From Chloroflexota bacterium (GTDB lineage: Bacteria > Chloroflexota > Limnocylindria > Limnocylindrales > CSP1-4), in assembly GCA_025935925.1 (NCBI GenBank), contig JAICUI010000011.1, positions 2,676-66,675 on the forward strand: a stretch of DNA of 64,000 nt, written 5' to 3'. Both the position numbers and the translations under genes were made by a program. The notes beneath the pieces were generated by a model that searched no databases, had not been told where the DNA came from, and saw only the letters and a program-made list of their open reading frames with translations. Below are positions 36,920 through 46,771 of this stretch, in pieces; the stretch's first letter is position 1, and every line of letters starts with the position of its first letter.

Positions 36920-38067
36920 CGTCCCGTCGCGCGGCCGAGGAGCCGCGCGGCCTTCGACGCCGCGCGCCCGGCGGCGTAGCGGCGCGGCCGCACGACCCGC
37001 TCCTGCGCGCCCACGAGCTGCACCCATTCCGCGCCGAACGACCGCTTGTGCTCGTACAGGCCGTGCGTCGGCTCGCCGGGCTCCGGCGGCCGGCGCGCCC
37101 CGGCGACGTCGACGCCGCCGAGGTCCATCTCGGTCCGTCGTTCGGCGAGCGCGAGCTCGATCGCGCGCCATCGGAGCAGATGCATCGCGCCCGGGTGGTC
37201 GCGGCGCCGCTCCGCGCGGTCGCCGGAGTGGGCCGTCGAGAGCCGGCGACCATGGCGGTAGAGGACGAGCCCACCGAGGACGTCGCCGTCGGCGGATCCC
37301 TCGCGGGCCTCGAGATAGACGAGGTGCCCCGCCGCGTGGGCCCGCCGCCACCACGCGATGAACTCCGCGGGGCCCGCGAACGTGAAGCCCCGGCGGTCGC
37401 CGGTCTCGCGGAGGAGGCCGTAGAACCGCTCGAGCGCGCCGGCGGCATCCTCGCCGCCGCGCACGCTCCCCTCGAGCTCGGTCGGCGCCGTGTCCCAGCG
37501 CACGACGCACACCTCGTCACGTTCCGCGCGCCGGATCCGCTGGCGGGTCGCCTTCGCCACGCCCTCGAGCACCGCCGCCGCGTCGCCGTCGGACGGCAGC
37601 GGCAGCGCCATCCGGTGGCGTGACGGCTGGACCTCCGCGATCGCATGGAACCCGGCCCCGCGCAGCCGGTGGGCGTACCCGGCGTCCGACGCGGCCACCT
37701 CCGGGTCCGCCGCGAGCACGTCGACGCCCGCAGCCGCGAGCTGCGTGGCCACGGCCGAGAGCGCCGCGCCGATCGCCGCGCCGGTTCCGTCGCCGTCGAC
37801 CCACGGCGTGCCGGGGCCCACCGGCCCGCGCGGCAGGTACGCGGACCCGCCGGGGAGGAACGGCCAGTCCCGGACGAGCGCGAGCGCCCGGGCGTCGCCA
37901 ACAGCGAGGTGGACCGGCCGCCAGCCGCCGGCCGCCCGATGCTCCGCCCACGCCCGCGACTGGAACACGTGGCCGCCGGGCACGTCGACGGCCTCGGCGT
38001 CCCATCGCTCGAGGGCGTCGCCGGTCACCACGCGCACCGCGGGCGTCCCGGCCGTCGCCTCGCTCAC
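36916..38067 (-). CDS. FemAB-family peptidoglycan branch (aminoacyl-tRNA-dependent) transferase, paralogue 2
   Basis: FQSRAWAEH...YLPRGPV...KATRQRIRRAER...FYGLLRETGDRRGF...GAMHLLRWRAIELA...MDLGGV...GLYEHKRSFGAE. Start placed at the GTG at 38067 (VSEATAG). 383 aa. Confidence 0.8.
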   Translation of the reverse strand: MSEATAGTPAVRVVTGDALERWDAEAVDVPGGHVFQSRAWAEHRAAGGWRPVHLAVGDARALALVRDWPFLPGGSAYLPRGPVGPGTPWVDGDGTGAAIGAALSAVATQLAAAGVDVLAADPEVAASDAGYAHRLRGAGFHAIAEVQPSRHRMALPLPSDGDAAAVLEGVAKATRQRIRRAERDEVCVVRWDTAPTELEGSVRGGEDAAGALERFYGLLRETGDRRGFTFAGPAEFIAWWRRAHAAGHLVYLEAREGSADGDVLGGLVLYRHGRRLSTAHSGDRAERRRDHPGAMHLLRWRAIELALAERRTEMDLGGVDVAGARRPPEPGEPTHGLYEHKRSFGAEWVQLVGAQERVVRPRRYAAGRAASKAARLLGRATGR

Positions 38068-38080
38068 GCGGCTGCCGCGG

Positions 38081-39184
38081 TCATCCGTCGGCACCGTCGC
38101 CGGCCGTGCCCGGCGCGCCGGTGTACCCCGACGCCGACGCGCCGCCGCGCAGGCCGTGGCGCATCCGCTCGACCCGGACCCGCGCCCGCTGCGCGACGCT
38201 GTACGTCCGGCGACCGAACGCATCGAGCACGAGGTCGTGCGCGCCGATGTACCGGATCTCGCGGCCGCCGAACCCGGTCTTGAAGTGGTCGATGCCGCCC
38301 GTCGCGAGCCCCCACAGGTCGTAGCTCGTCGCACCGCGCTCCTTCGAGCTCCGGATCGCCTCCCACTTGAGCAGGTAGTTCGCGCGCGAATCGGCGCCGG
38401 CCTGCGTCATCCCGCCGTACGGCTCGACGACGCGCCCACCCGCCCGGACGAGGAACAGCGTGGCGACCGGCTGGCCGTCCGCGAGCTCCGCGAACAGCAG
38501 GCGGGCGCGGCCGTCGGGCGCGTACGCCTCCCAGATGTCGCGGTACGCCGACCTGGCGCGGATCAGGAACCCCGCGCGGGCCGCCGTCTCCTCGTAGATC
38601 CGGTAGAACTCGTCGAGCCGGCCGCCGTCGGCGTCGACGACGCGCACGCCGCCCGTGCGTGCCTTGTTCACGTACTGCCGCCACTTCTTGCGCAGGTCCG
38701 ACCACAGCGCATCCTCGGCGGGCGCAAGGTCGATCGTCCGGGTGGCGGCCGGCTGGATCGCGGGCGACGGACGCCACCCGGCGGCACGCAGGGCGCTCGT
38801 CACGGTGCCGCCCGCGTCGCGGTCGCCGCCGGCCTCGATCTCGGGGTCGATCCGGAGGTGGCTGGCGCGGGCCTCGCCGCCACGGAGCGCCGATCGGGCG
38901 AGATCGGTGAACGCCTCGATGGACGCCGCGTCCCACCGCTCGAGCACCGGTCCGCGCGGCGCGTACGCGAACGACCAGGGCAGCGGCCCGGGCCGTCGGA
39001 GGAGCACCTGGGCGCCGGCGCCCGACGACGGATCGAGGAGCCGGCGAACGGTCCAGCCGGTGACGCCCTTGACGCGGGCCCACGCGGACAGCTGGAGGTA
39101 CGAGCCCAGGGCGTTCGCCTCGACCCGGGCGTCCCACGCGTCCGCGTCGGGCGTCGCCGCCGGTGCGGCCTGCGCCGCGCTCAT
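38081..39184 (-). CDS. FemAB-family peptidoglycan branch transferase, paralogue 1
   Basis: LQLSAWARVK...FAYAPRGPV...KKWRQYVNKARTGGV...FYRIYEETAARAGF...YGGMTQAGADSRANYLLKWEAIRSSKERGATSYDLWG...HFKTGFGG. The ATG at 39184 overlaps the murJ stop by 4 nt. 367 aa. Confidence 0.88.
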   Translation of the reverse strand: MSAAQAAPAATPDADAWDARVEANALGSYLQLSAWARVKGVTGWTVRRLLDPSSGAGAQVLLRRPGPLPWSFAYAPRGPVLERWDAASIEAFTDLARSALRGGEARASHLRIDPEIEAGGDRDAGGTVTSALRAAGWRPSPAIQPAATRTIDLAPAEDALWSDLRKKWRQYVNKARTGGVRVVDADGGRLDEFYRIYEETAARAGFLIRARSAYRDIWEAYAPDGRARLLFAELADGQPVATLFLVRAGGRVVEPYGGMTQAGADSRANYLLKWEAIRSSKERGATSYDLWGLATGGIDHFKTGFGGREIRYIGAHDLVLDAFGRRTYSVAQRARVRVERMRHGLRGGASASGYTGAPGTAGDGADG

Positions 39185-40899
39185 GCCGTCGCCCGCCGGC
39201 GGACGAGGTCGACGAGAACCCCGGTGATCGTCTGCAGCTCGCCGATCCGGAGCAGCAGCGACCCCGCCACGATCACGAGCCCCCCGAGCGCGACCGCGAC
39301 GGCGGCTCGCACCGCGAGCAACAGATAGCCGGGCGCCTCGCCCCACAGCCCGACGAGCCACGCGCCCGCCGTCCACGCGACGACACCGCCGGCCGCCGCG
39401 ACGAGCGTCGACTTGGCCATCACGATCCCGAGGTGCCGCAGGTCCGGCCCGAGGTCGGGCGTCCGGCGCCGCAGGAGGACGACGAGGATCGCCGTCTCGA
39501 GCCACGCCCCGACCGCGATCGCGGCGGCGAGGACGTTGAGCTGCATGGGGCCGATGAGCACGTTCGCGACGACGATGTTGACGACGACCGCGACGAGCGC
39601 GGCCGCGACCGGCGTTCGGGTGTCCTGCAGCGCATAGAACGCGCGGGCCAGGACCGCGATCAGCGAATGCGCGGTGAGCCCGAGCAGGAACACGGCCAGG
39701 CAGGCGGCCGTCGCCTCGATGGCGGACTCGCTGATGTCCGCGACGCCGAACAGCAGGCGCACGAGATCCTCCGACACGACGATGCCCAGGGCGGTGACCC
39801 CGATCATCGCGTACGCGAGGATCGCGAGACCACGCCCGAGGAGCCGCGCGAACGTTGCAGTTGCGCCGGTCGCGGCCTCCCGGGCCAGCGACGGCAGCAG
39901 CACGATGCCGAGCGGCACGCCGAAGATCCCGATCGGGATCTGGAGCATGGTGAACGCGAACGTGAACACCGGGAGTGCCTCGGGACCGAGCGTCGATGCG
40001 AGGCTCGTCATGACCAGGAACACGACCTGGACGGCGCCCAGCCCGATGGCCCGCGGAACCATGAGCAGGAACGCCAGCCGCGCCTGGTCGTCGCGCAGGT
40101 CGATGCGTGGCCGGAGGCGGGCGCCCATGCGCGCGACCGAGGGGACCTGGACGAGCAGGTGGCCCGCCGCGCCGATGACCACGCCGTACGCGAGGCCCGG
40201 GATGCCGAACGCCGGGACGAGCAGCAGCGCCCCGGCGATGATCCCGACGTTGTAGACGAGCGGTGCGAGGGCCGCGGCTCCGAACCGGCCGCGCGCGTTC
40301 AGGATGCTCGCCGCGATCGCACCGCCCGCGAGGAACACCGGCGACAGGACCATGATCCGCGTCAGCTCCGTCGTCTCGGCGAGCTGGGCCTGGTCGAAGC
40401 CCGGCGTGATCATGCCGACGAGGCCGGGCGTGAACAGGAGCACGAGGCCGGCCAGCAGGACGAGGCCGGAGAGCATGAGCGTGGTGATCGTGGACACGAC
40501 GCGCCACGCACGCGCCTCCTGCTCGGTCGCGAACAGCCCGGCGATCACCGGGATGAGGCTCGACGAGAGCGCGCCCGCCGCGACGAGCTGGAACAGGAAG
40601 TCGGGGATCCGGAACGCGGCGAAGAACGGCGACAGCGAGCCGACGTCCGGGACGGCGGCCGCGATCGCGATGGTGCGGACGTAGCCGAGGACGCGGGACA
40701 GGAGGAACAGGACGGTGACGAGAAGCCCGGCACGGGCGAGCGCGCGCGTCGTCGACGACCCGGCGCGTGGCTCCGCCGCCGGCGCCGCGCCGACGGACGT
40801 CGCGGCCGTGGCGGCCGTGGTGGCGATCCCCGCGGCGGCCTCCCCGGGCACCGCAACCGTCCCGGTCTGTTGCGCGGCCATCGTGTCCGACTCGTCCAT
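39181..40899 (-). CDS. murJ: Lipid II flippase MurJ (MviN)
   Basis: LLSRVLGYVRTIAIAAAVPDVGSLSPFFAAFRIPDFLFQLVAAGALSSSLIPV, followed by ~14 TM helices. The start at 40899 (MDESDTM) shares one nt with the xerC stop. An alternative Met is at 40881. Confidence 0.88.
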   Translation of the reverse strand: MDESDTMAAQQTGTVAVPGEAAAGIATTAATAATSVGAAPAAEPRAGSSTTRALARAGLLVTVLFLLSRVLGYVRTIAIAAAVPDVGSLSPFFAAFRIPDFLFQLVAAGALSSSLIPVIAGLFATEQEARAWRVVSTITTLMLSGLVLLAGLVLLFTPGLVGMITPGFDQAQLAETTELTRIMVLSPVFLAGGAIAASILNARGRFGAAALAPLVYNVGIIAGALLLVPAFGIPGLAYGVVIGAAGHLLVQVPSVARMGARLRPRIDLRDDQARLAFLLMVPRAIGLGAVQVVFLVMTSLASTLGPEALPVFTFAFTMLQIPIGIFGVPLGIVLLPSLAREAATGATATFARLLGRGLAILAYAMIGVTALGIVVSEDLVRLLFGVADISESAIEATAACLAVFLLGLTAHSLIAVLARAFYALQDTRTPVAAALVAVVVNIVVANVLIGPMQLNVLAAAIAVGAWLETAILVVLLRRRTPDLGPDLRHLGIVMAKSTLVAAAGGVVAWTAGAWLVGLWGEAPGYLLLAVRAAVAVALGGLVIVAGSLLLRIGELQTITGVLVDLVRRRATA

Positions 40900-41885
40900 C
40901 AGGCGTCGGCGCCGCCGGCCGCGTGCGATCGCGCCCGCGGATGCGCGAGCCGGTACGCGTCCCGGAGGCGCGCGGGCGACACGTGGGTGTAGACCTGCGT
41001 CGTCGCGAGGCTCTCGTGACCGAGCAGCTCCTGCACGACCCGCAGGTCCGCGCCGCCATCGAGCAGGTGCGTCGCGAACGAGTGGCGGAGGGTGTGCGGG
41101 CTGACGCCCTCGGGCAGCCCGGCGAGGCGGCACAGCCGATCGAGGCGCATCCTCAGGCCGCGGACCCCGAGCGGTCCGCCGCGGTGGTTGAGGAACACCT
41201 CGGCAGGCGGCTGCGCGAGCGGGCCGCCGCGGGACGCCAGCACCGGGCGTCCATCGTCTAGGTACGCCGCGAGTGCCTCGCGCGCCGGCCGCCCGAGGAG
41301 CCCCACGCGCTCCTTGCGCCCCTTGCCCAGGACCCGCAGCTCGCCGCGCCGGAGTTCGAGCGACCCGAGGTCCGCGGCCGCGAGCTCGCTGATCCGCAGG
41401 CCGGCCGCGTACGCGGTCTCGACGAGCGCGCGGTCCCGCAGGGCGATCGCCCGCGCGAGGTCCGGATCGCGGCGAGCGGTCGCGGAGCCGCCCTCGTCGG
41501 CCGCGACGAGGTCATCGTCGGTCACCGCGAGCAGCGCCTCCACCTGCTCGACCTCGAGCACCTTGGGCAGGCGGCGCGGGAGCCGGGGCGTCGCGATCGC
41601 GCCCCACGGGTCACCGGCCGCGATCCCGGACCGCGCGCAGTAGCGGTGGAACGCCCGCAACGCGGCGAGCCGCTGAGCGACGGATGTCCTGGCATGCCCC
41701 TCGGACAGCTCCGCGAGATACGCGCGGAGGGTCGACTTGCCCGGCGACCGCCAGTCCGCGCCGTGTGCGTCCAGCCAGGCCAGGTAGCCGCCGACGGCCG
41801 TCTCGTACGACCGGCGTGTCTCCGGCGAGGCGTCGCGCGCCTCGAGGGAGCGCAGGAACCGCTGCAGCGCCTCGGGACCGGTCAC
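40899..41885 (-). CDS. xerC: Tyrosine recombinase XerC/XerD family
   Basis: N-terminal SAM-like domain ([29 protein letters not shown]). Catalytic residues in ...GLRISEL...GKGRKER...[12 protein letters not shown]...[18 protein letters not shown] start chosen at 41885. The dprA-topA-xerC neighbourhood resembles the Bacillus smf-topA-codV order. Confidence 0.8.
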   Translation of the reverse strand: MTGPEALQRFLRSLEARDASPETRRSYETAVGGYLAWLDAHGADWRSPGKSTLRAYLAELSEGHARTSVAQRLAALRAFHRYCARSGIAAGDPWGAIATPRLPRRLPKVLEVEQVEALLAVTDDDLVAADEGGSATARRDPDLARAIALRDRALVETAYAAGLRISELAAADLGSLELRRGELRVLGKGRKERVGLLGRPAREALAAYLDDGRPVLASRGGPLAQPPAEVFLNHRGGPLGVRGLRMRLDRLCRLAGLPEGVSPHTLRHSFATHLLDGGADLRVVQELLGHESLATTQVYTHVSPARLRDAYRLAHPRARSHAAGGADA

Positions 41886-41925
41886 GGGACGGCGGTCCGG
41901 CCGCGATCCGGTCGCGTGCCGGGCG

Positions 41926-44364
41926 TCACGCGCGGCTGCGCCGCGACCCGGACCCGGCTCGCGCCGTTCCCCCCGTACTGCGCGCGGTGCGTCGCCCGCC
42001 GCCCGTGCCGTTCCGGTTGCCCGGTCGCCGCGCGCCGCGCGCCGGCCGCTGGAGCGCCGCCGGATCCGGCGGTCCGCCGGGGAGCCGGAGCCCCACGAGC
42101 GGGCCGTCGGGGAGCTCGATCGCCGCGCCACAGGTGAGGCAGATCCCGGCCTCGCCTCGCCGGGCCACCGCGCCACGCCCCTCGGCATGTGCCGCGTCGT
42201 CGGCGTCGTGGATCGCCCCCGTGGGCTCGTCGTTGGTCGTGAAGTCGCACTTGGGGTACGCGGAGCACCCCCAGAAGACGTTGCCGGTCCGCCGGGCGCG
42301 ACGCGCCACGAGATGCCCGTCGGCGTTCTTCGGACAGGTGACCTCGAACGGCAGCTGGTCCGGCGGCGGCGGGCCCTCGCGCTTGATGTAGCCGCACTCG
42401 GGATAGCGCGAGCAGCCGAGGAACGGCCCGAACCGGCCGCGCTTGGTCGTGAGCACGCCCTCCCCGCACTGCGGGCACGGCTCCCCCTCGCCCTCGAGCT
42501 TCGGCGGCTCCTCGCCGGGCAGCGGGCGCGTCTCCTTGTGCTCGGGGTAGAGCGAGCACGCGAGGAACTTCCCGTTGCGGCCGAGGCGGATCACCATCGG
42601 GTGGCCCTCGGAGCACACCTCGTCGGTGGGCTCGGACATCAGGTCCGCGCGCCGGACACGCTTGCGGACCTCGTCGACGCGCTCCTTGAGCGGGCCGAAG
42701 AAGGCGCGCAGGAGCGGGACCCACTCGCGGTCGCCGTCGGCGATCTCGTCGAGCTCCTCCTCCATCCGGGCGGTGAACGCGAGGTCCACGTACTCGCCGA
42801 AGTTGTCGACCAGGAAGTCCGTGACGATCTCGGCGATCTCGTCGGGGTGCAGGCGGCGCTCCTCGACGCGGACGTAGCCCCGGTCGACGATCGTCGAGAT
42901 CGTCGCGGCATACGTCGACGGGCGGCCGATGCCGTGCTCCTCGAGCGCCTTGATCAGGGTCGCCTCGGTGTACCGCGGCGGCGGCTCGGTGAAGTGCTGG
43001 GTGGGGGTGACGTCGGTGACGGTCGTCGTGTCGCCCCGGGCGAGCGCGGGGAGGGTCCGCTCGGCCTCCTCGGACGTGTCGTCCTGGCCCTCGGTGTACA
43101 CCCGGCTGAACCCGTCGAACAGCGTCCGGGTGGCGGACGCGCGAAGCAGGTAGGGCCCGGCGGTGAGCTCGACCGTCGTCGTCTCGAGCTCCTTGGGCGC
43201 CATCTGCGACGCGAGCGCGCGCTGCCACACGAGCCGGTAGAGCCGGTACTGGTCGGAGGTGAGCGTGCCGCGCAGCGCCTCGGCGTCGCGGGCGAACGAG
43301 GTCGGGCGGATCGACTCGTGCGCCTCCTGGGCGCCCTTCTGCTTCGTCTTGTACACGCGGCCCTTGCCCGTGCCGTAGCGGTCGCCGTAGCGCTGCCCGA
43401 TGACCTGCTGGGCCTCGGCCATGGCGACGCCGGCGATGGCCGTCGAATCGGTCCGCATGTACGTGATGAGCCCGACGTGCCCGTCCGGCGTGTCGACGCC
43501 CTCGTACAGGTCCTGGGCGACGCGCATCGTCCGCTTGGGGCTGAAGCCGAGCTTGCGGCTGGCCTCCTGCTGGAGCGTGCTGGTGGTGAACGGCGGGGCG
43601 GGGTTGCGCTTCGACTGGCGAGTCGCGACCGAGTCGACGACCGGCTGCAGCGCGCGCAGGGCGGTCGCATGGCGGTCCGCGGTCTCGCCGTCGCCGATGT
43701 CGACGGCCTTGCCGTCGATCCGCGCGACGTCCGCGGTGAGCGACTCGCCGGCGGCCGTCGCGAGCTGCGCCTCGAGCGTCCAGTACTCGCGCGCGACGAA
43801 GGCGCGGATCTCGCGCTCGCGCTCCACGACCATTCGGACCGCGACCGACTGGACCCGTCCCGCGGACAGGCCGCCGCGGACCTTGCGCGAGATCAGCGGG
43901 CTCAGCGTGTAGCCGACGAGGCGGTCGACGATGCGGCGCGTCTGCTGGGCGTCGACGAGGTGGCGGTCGATGTCGCGCGGCGCGGCGAACGCCTGGCGGA
44001 TCGCCCCCTCCGTGATCTCGCTGAACGTCACGCGGCGGGTCTTCGCGGCGGGAACGCGGGCGGCCTCGGCCACGTGCCACGCGATCGCCTCGCCCTCGCG
44101 ATCGAGGTCGGTGGCGAGGTAGACCTGGTCCGCGCCCTTCGCCGCCCTCTCGATCGCCGACACCTGGCGCTTCCGGTCGTCGGGCACGACGTATTCCGGG
44201 GCGAAGTCGTGCTCGACGTCCACACCGAGCTTTCCCTTGCCGGGATTCTCGGGGAGGTCGCGCACGTGCCCGTAGGAGGCGAGGACCTGGTAGTCCGATC
44301 CGAGGTAGCGCTCGATCGTGCGGGCCTTGGCAGGCGATTCCACGATCACGAGGTTCTTGGGCAT
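41926..44364 (-). CDS. topA: DNA topoisomerase I
   Basis: [28 protein letters not shown]...ASYGHVRDL...[14 protein letters not shown]. Active-site region [11 protein letters not shown]-terminal Cys4 zinc ribbons (CPQCGEG...CSRYPEC; CPKN...CSAYPKC) and a basic tail. 812 aa. Confidence 0.96.
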   Translation of the reverse strand: MPKNLVIVESPAKARTIERYLGSDYQVLASYGHVRDLPENPGKGKLGVDVEHDFAPEYVVPDDRKRQVSAIERAAKGADQVYLATDLDREGEAIAWHVAEAARVPAAKTRRVTFSEITEGAIRQAFAAPRDIDRHLVDAQQTRRIVDRLVGYTLSPLISRKVRGGLSAGRVQSVAVRMVVEREREIRAFVAREYWTLEAQLATAAGESLTADVARIDGKAVDIGDGETADRHATALRALQPVVDSVATRQSKRNPAPPFTTSTLQQEASRKLGFSPKRTMRVAQDLYEGVDTPDGHVGLITYMRTDSTAIAGVAMAEAQQVIGQRYGDRYGTGKGRVYKTKQKGAQEAHESIRPTSFARDAEALRGTLTSDQYRLYRLVWQRALASQMAPKELETTTVELTAGPYLLRASATRTLFDGFSRVYTEGQDDTSEEAERTLPALARGDTTTVTDVTPTQHFTEPPPRYTEATLIKALEEHGIGRPSTYAATISTIVDRGYVRVEERRLHPDEIAEIVTDFLVDNFGEYVDLAFTARMEEELDEIADGDREWVPLLRAFFGPLKERVDEVRKRVRRADLMSEPTDEVCSEGHPMVIRLGRNGKFLACSLYPEHKETRPLPGEEPPKLEGEGEPCPQCGEGVLTTKRGRFGPFLGCSRYPECGYIKREGPPPPDQLPFEVTCPKNADGHLVARRARRTGNVFWGCSAYPKCDFTTNDEPTGAIHDADDAAHAEGRGAVARRGEAGICLTCGAAIELPDGPLVGLRLPGGPPDPAALQRPARGARRPGNRNGTGGGRRTARSTGGTARAGSGSRRSRA

Positions 44365-44453
44365 GGCGGCCGGGAGTGTAGCACCGGCCCTCTTACCAGC
44401 CCGTTACCCTCCGAGCGCCGGGGAACGCTCCCGGCGACGCTCGGCGCGACGAT

Positions 44454-44900
44454 TCAGATGTCGCGGACCCGCTGCAGGAAGTCCTCGTCGATGTCGAGCT
44501 CGATCTCGAGGTCGTCGAGGTCGCCCGCCGGCGCACCGTCCTCGGGCCCGCCGACGACGACCGGCAGGCGCGCGTCGGCCGGCGGATCGCCAGGCAGCGG
44601 CGTCACGGGAGACGCAAACGCCGGCGGCGCGCTGCCCGATCTCTGGTGCTCGGCGAGCTCGGCGGGCGGGATCTCGAGGAAGCGCATCACGTGATACGGG
44701 AAGAAGAACGTCGACGTGATCGCGTCGATGAACACCGGACGCTTGCCGTCCATCATCCGCAGGTTGGTGCACACGAGGCCGACGTCGGTCTGGCTCGGCA
44801 CGGCATACAGGTCGGCGAGCAGCGGCTGCTCGTTCGCGAGGTGGATGACGACGTTGCGGATCACCGCCGCATCGTCACGGCGGCCGGTGCCCGTCGTCAC
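44454..44900 (-). CDS. Hypothetical protein (148 aa): compact N-terminal domain plus a Pro-rich linker and an acidic tail
   Basis: GTG start. IRNVVIHLANEQPLLADLYAVPSQTDVGLVCTNLRMMDGKRPVFIDAITSTFFFPYHVMRFLEI, then ...DLDDLEIELDIDEDFLQRVRDI. GC3-rich. No family recognised by eye. Confidence 0.6.
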   Translation of the reverse strand: MTTGTGRRDDAAVIRNVVIHLANEQPLLADLYAVPSQTDVGLVCTNLRMMDGKRPVFIDAITSTFFFPYHVMRFLEIPPAELAEHQRSGSAPPAFASPVTPLPGDPPADARLPVVVGGPEDGAPAGDLDDLEIELDIDEDFLQRVRDI

Positions 44901-44948
44901 CCGCCCGATGGTCCCACCGCGGGGTGGCCGGGTCGGATCCGGCCGCCG

Positions 44949-46595
44949 TCAGGGCGTGTAGAAGTCGACCACCAGGCGCACCCGCCCGCTCGAGACCCAG
45001 ACGCCGATCCCGACCTGGTGGAACCGCGCGTCCATCAGGTTGCGGTAGTGGCCACCGTTGTACGGCCGCTCGCTCTGGAAGTAGAGGTGCGAGCCGAGGA
45101 CCGCCGCGTACGGGTTCCCCGAGCGGCAGCCGAGGTTCTCGCCCCAGCGGTAGCTCGTGTACCCGGCGCGCCGGAGGCGGTCACCGGGTGTGCCGCCCAC
45201 GAAGTGGTCGCAGATGTTGCGGGTCGCGAGGAGCTTCGCGTACGGCCGCGACACCCGGCCGCTGATCGACGAGTTGAGCCGCAGCGGCGCGACGTCGCGG
45301 CCGCCGGGCGACGAGCACTTTCCGCCCGACGTGACCCAGCCCCCGGTCCGCGTGCAGTTCATCAGGCGCAGGTAGTACGACTCGACGCCGGTCCAGCTGC
45401 CCGAGGCGGCGCCGCCGCCGCCGGACGGCGGTCGGGCGATGGGCTTGCTCGCGCGCTTCGTGGCGGGCTTGCTCGCGGGCTTGCGGGCCGGCGCCGGCTT
45501 CGCGGCGGGCTTGGGCACGACCGTGAACGTGCCGCTCGCCGCCGCGATCGGGACGCCGGCGCGGGACGTCGCGGTCGGATCGATGCGCAGCTGGACGCTT
45601 GCCCCGAACGGGAGGGCCGCGGCGGGCCGGAAGACGAGGACCGTGCCGGACTCCGCCCAGACAATCGTCCCCGGGAGGTCCTTGCCCGCCACCACCGCGT
45701 GGAACGCGGCCGACGTCGCCGTGCGGTTCATCCGTTCCGTGAAGCGGACGGACAGCAGCGCGGTCCGCTCGATCTTCGTGTCGCCGTCGCGCGGCCGGAA
45801 CCGGACGACCTCCGGTGCCGCCGACGTCGTGATCGACAGCGGCGGCGTGGTCGCGAACGGGACGCCGTCCGCGTCCCGGAGCCCGGACAGGGACAGCGTG
45901 TACGTGGTGTCGGGGAGCAGCGCCGTCGCGGGCGTGAACAGGAGCTCGCGTTCGTTGGCGCCGGTCGTGACGCGCCCGTCGATCGCGGGATCGGCGTGGA
46001 GCGCTGCCTGGACGAGGGTCGCGGCGACCGGCCGGTCGAGCGTGATCCGGAACGCGGTGCCGGGCGGGACACGGTCGGCGGCGCCCTTCGTGGGCGCGAT
46101 CCCGGCCGACCCGGCGCGCGCCGTCAGCACCAGCGACCGGACGTCGGTTGCCAGCTGGGCGCCGTCGGCGGACCGAGCCGAGGCGGCGACCGTGACGGCA
46201 TACAGCGTGTCAGGTTGCCAATGGTTCACTGGCGCCACCTTGAGCACCCGCCCCGTCGGGTCCCACGAGAAGGTGACGGCGCTCGCGGGCTCGATGCGCA
46301 GGGCCGCCGCGACGGATGCCGGGTCCATCGCGCTGTCGAACTCGATCGTGAAGGCTCGGGTCAGCGGTTGACCCGTCATCACGGCATCGAACAGCCGTCC
46401 TTCGACCGGGGTCGGGACCGACGCGGGCAGCGCGTTCGTGCGGCCCTGCGGCAGGTTCGCGATGACCGCGAATCCGATGGCGACGCCGAGCGCCGCGCCG
46501 GCGGCGATCCGGATGGCGCCGACCCGGCCGAGCGTCGCGAGGTAGACGATCGCCAGCACCGGCAGGGCGGCGACGGCCGCCACGAGCTTCCGCAA
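44949..46595 (-). CDS. Membrane-anchored protein with three Ig-like (SbsA/Big_5-type) repeats, a Lys/Pro/Ala linker and a C-terminal CAP/SCP (YkwD-like) domain
   Basis: TTG start with agaggag 7 nt upstream. Two N-terminal TM helices. Three repeats of the F.I.F...MD..SV..A..I.P.....W......L.. type. The linker is KPAAKPAPARKPASKPATKRASKP. The CAP motifs are GENLG and GGHYRNLMDARFHQVGIGV. Confidence 0.75.
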   Translation of the reverse strand: MRKLVAAVAALPVLAIVYLATLGRVGAIRIAAGAALGVAIGFAVIANLPQGRTNALPASVPTPVEGRLFDAVMTGQPLTRAFTIEFDSAMDPASVAAALRIEPASAVTFSWDPTGRVLKVAPVNHWQPDTLYAVTVAASARSADGAQLATDVRSLVLTARAGSAGIAPTKGAADRVPPGTAFRITLDRPVAATLVQAALHADPAIDGRVTTGANERELLFTPATALLPDTTYTLSLSGLRDADGVPFATTPPLSITTSAAPEVVRFRPRDGDTKIERTALLSVRFTERMNRTATSAAFHAVVAGKDLPGTIVWAESGTVLVFRPAAALPFGASVQLRIDPTATSRAGVPIAAASGTFTVVPKPAAKPAPARKPASKPATKRASKPIARPPSGGGGAASGSWTGVESYYLRLMNCTRTGGWVTSGGKCSSPGGRDVAPLRLNSSISGRVSRPYAKLLATRNICDHFVGGTPGDRLRRAGYTSYRWGENLGCRSGNPYAAVLGSHLYFQSERPYNGGHYRNLMDARFHQVGIGVWVSSGRVRLVVDFYTP

Positions 46596-46771
46596 TACGG
46601 GCTCCTCTTGCGTTCACCCGGGCACGCGCGTAGACGGATGCGTGACCCCCGGGGAAACGTGATGGCGCCGGGTGCGGTCCGGCGCAGGCTCCGGCGGAGG
46701 GTACCACCGCGCGAAACGGCGGAGCAACCTCCGGACGGACGACCCGGCGTGGGCGTTCCCGCCGCGGTCGG

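Noticed and set aside
40899-41885. The tyrosine recombinase as a marker of an integrated mobile element or prophage.
   Set aside because: It has the XerC/XerD-type N-terminal domain. It sits in the conserved dprA-topA-xerC housekeeping neighbourhood. I saw no flanking direct repeats, tRNA gene, or phage/conjugation genes.
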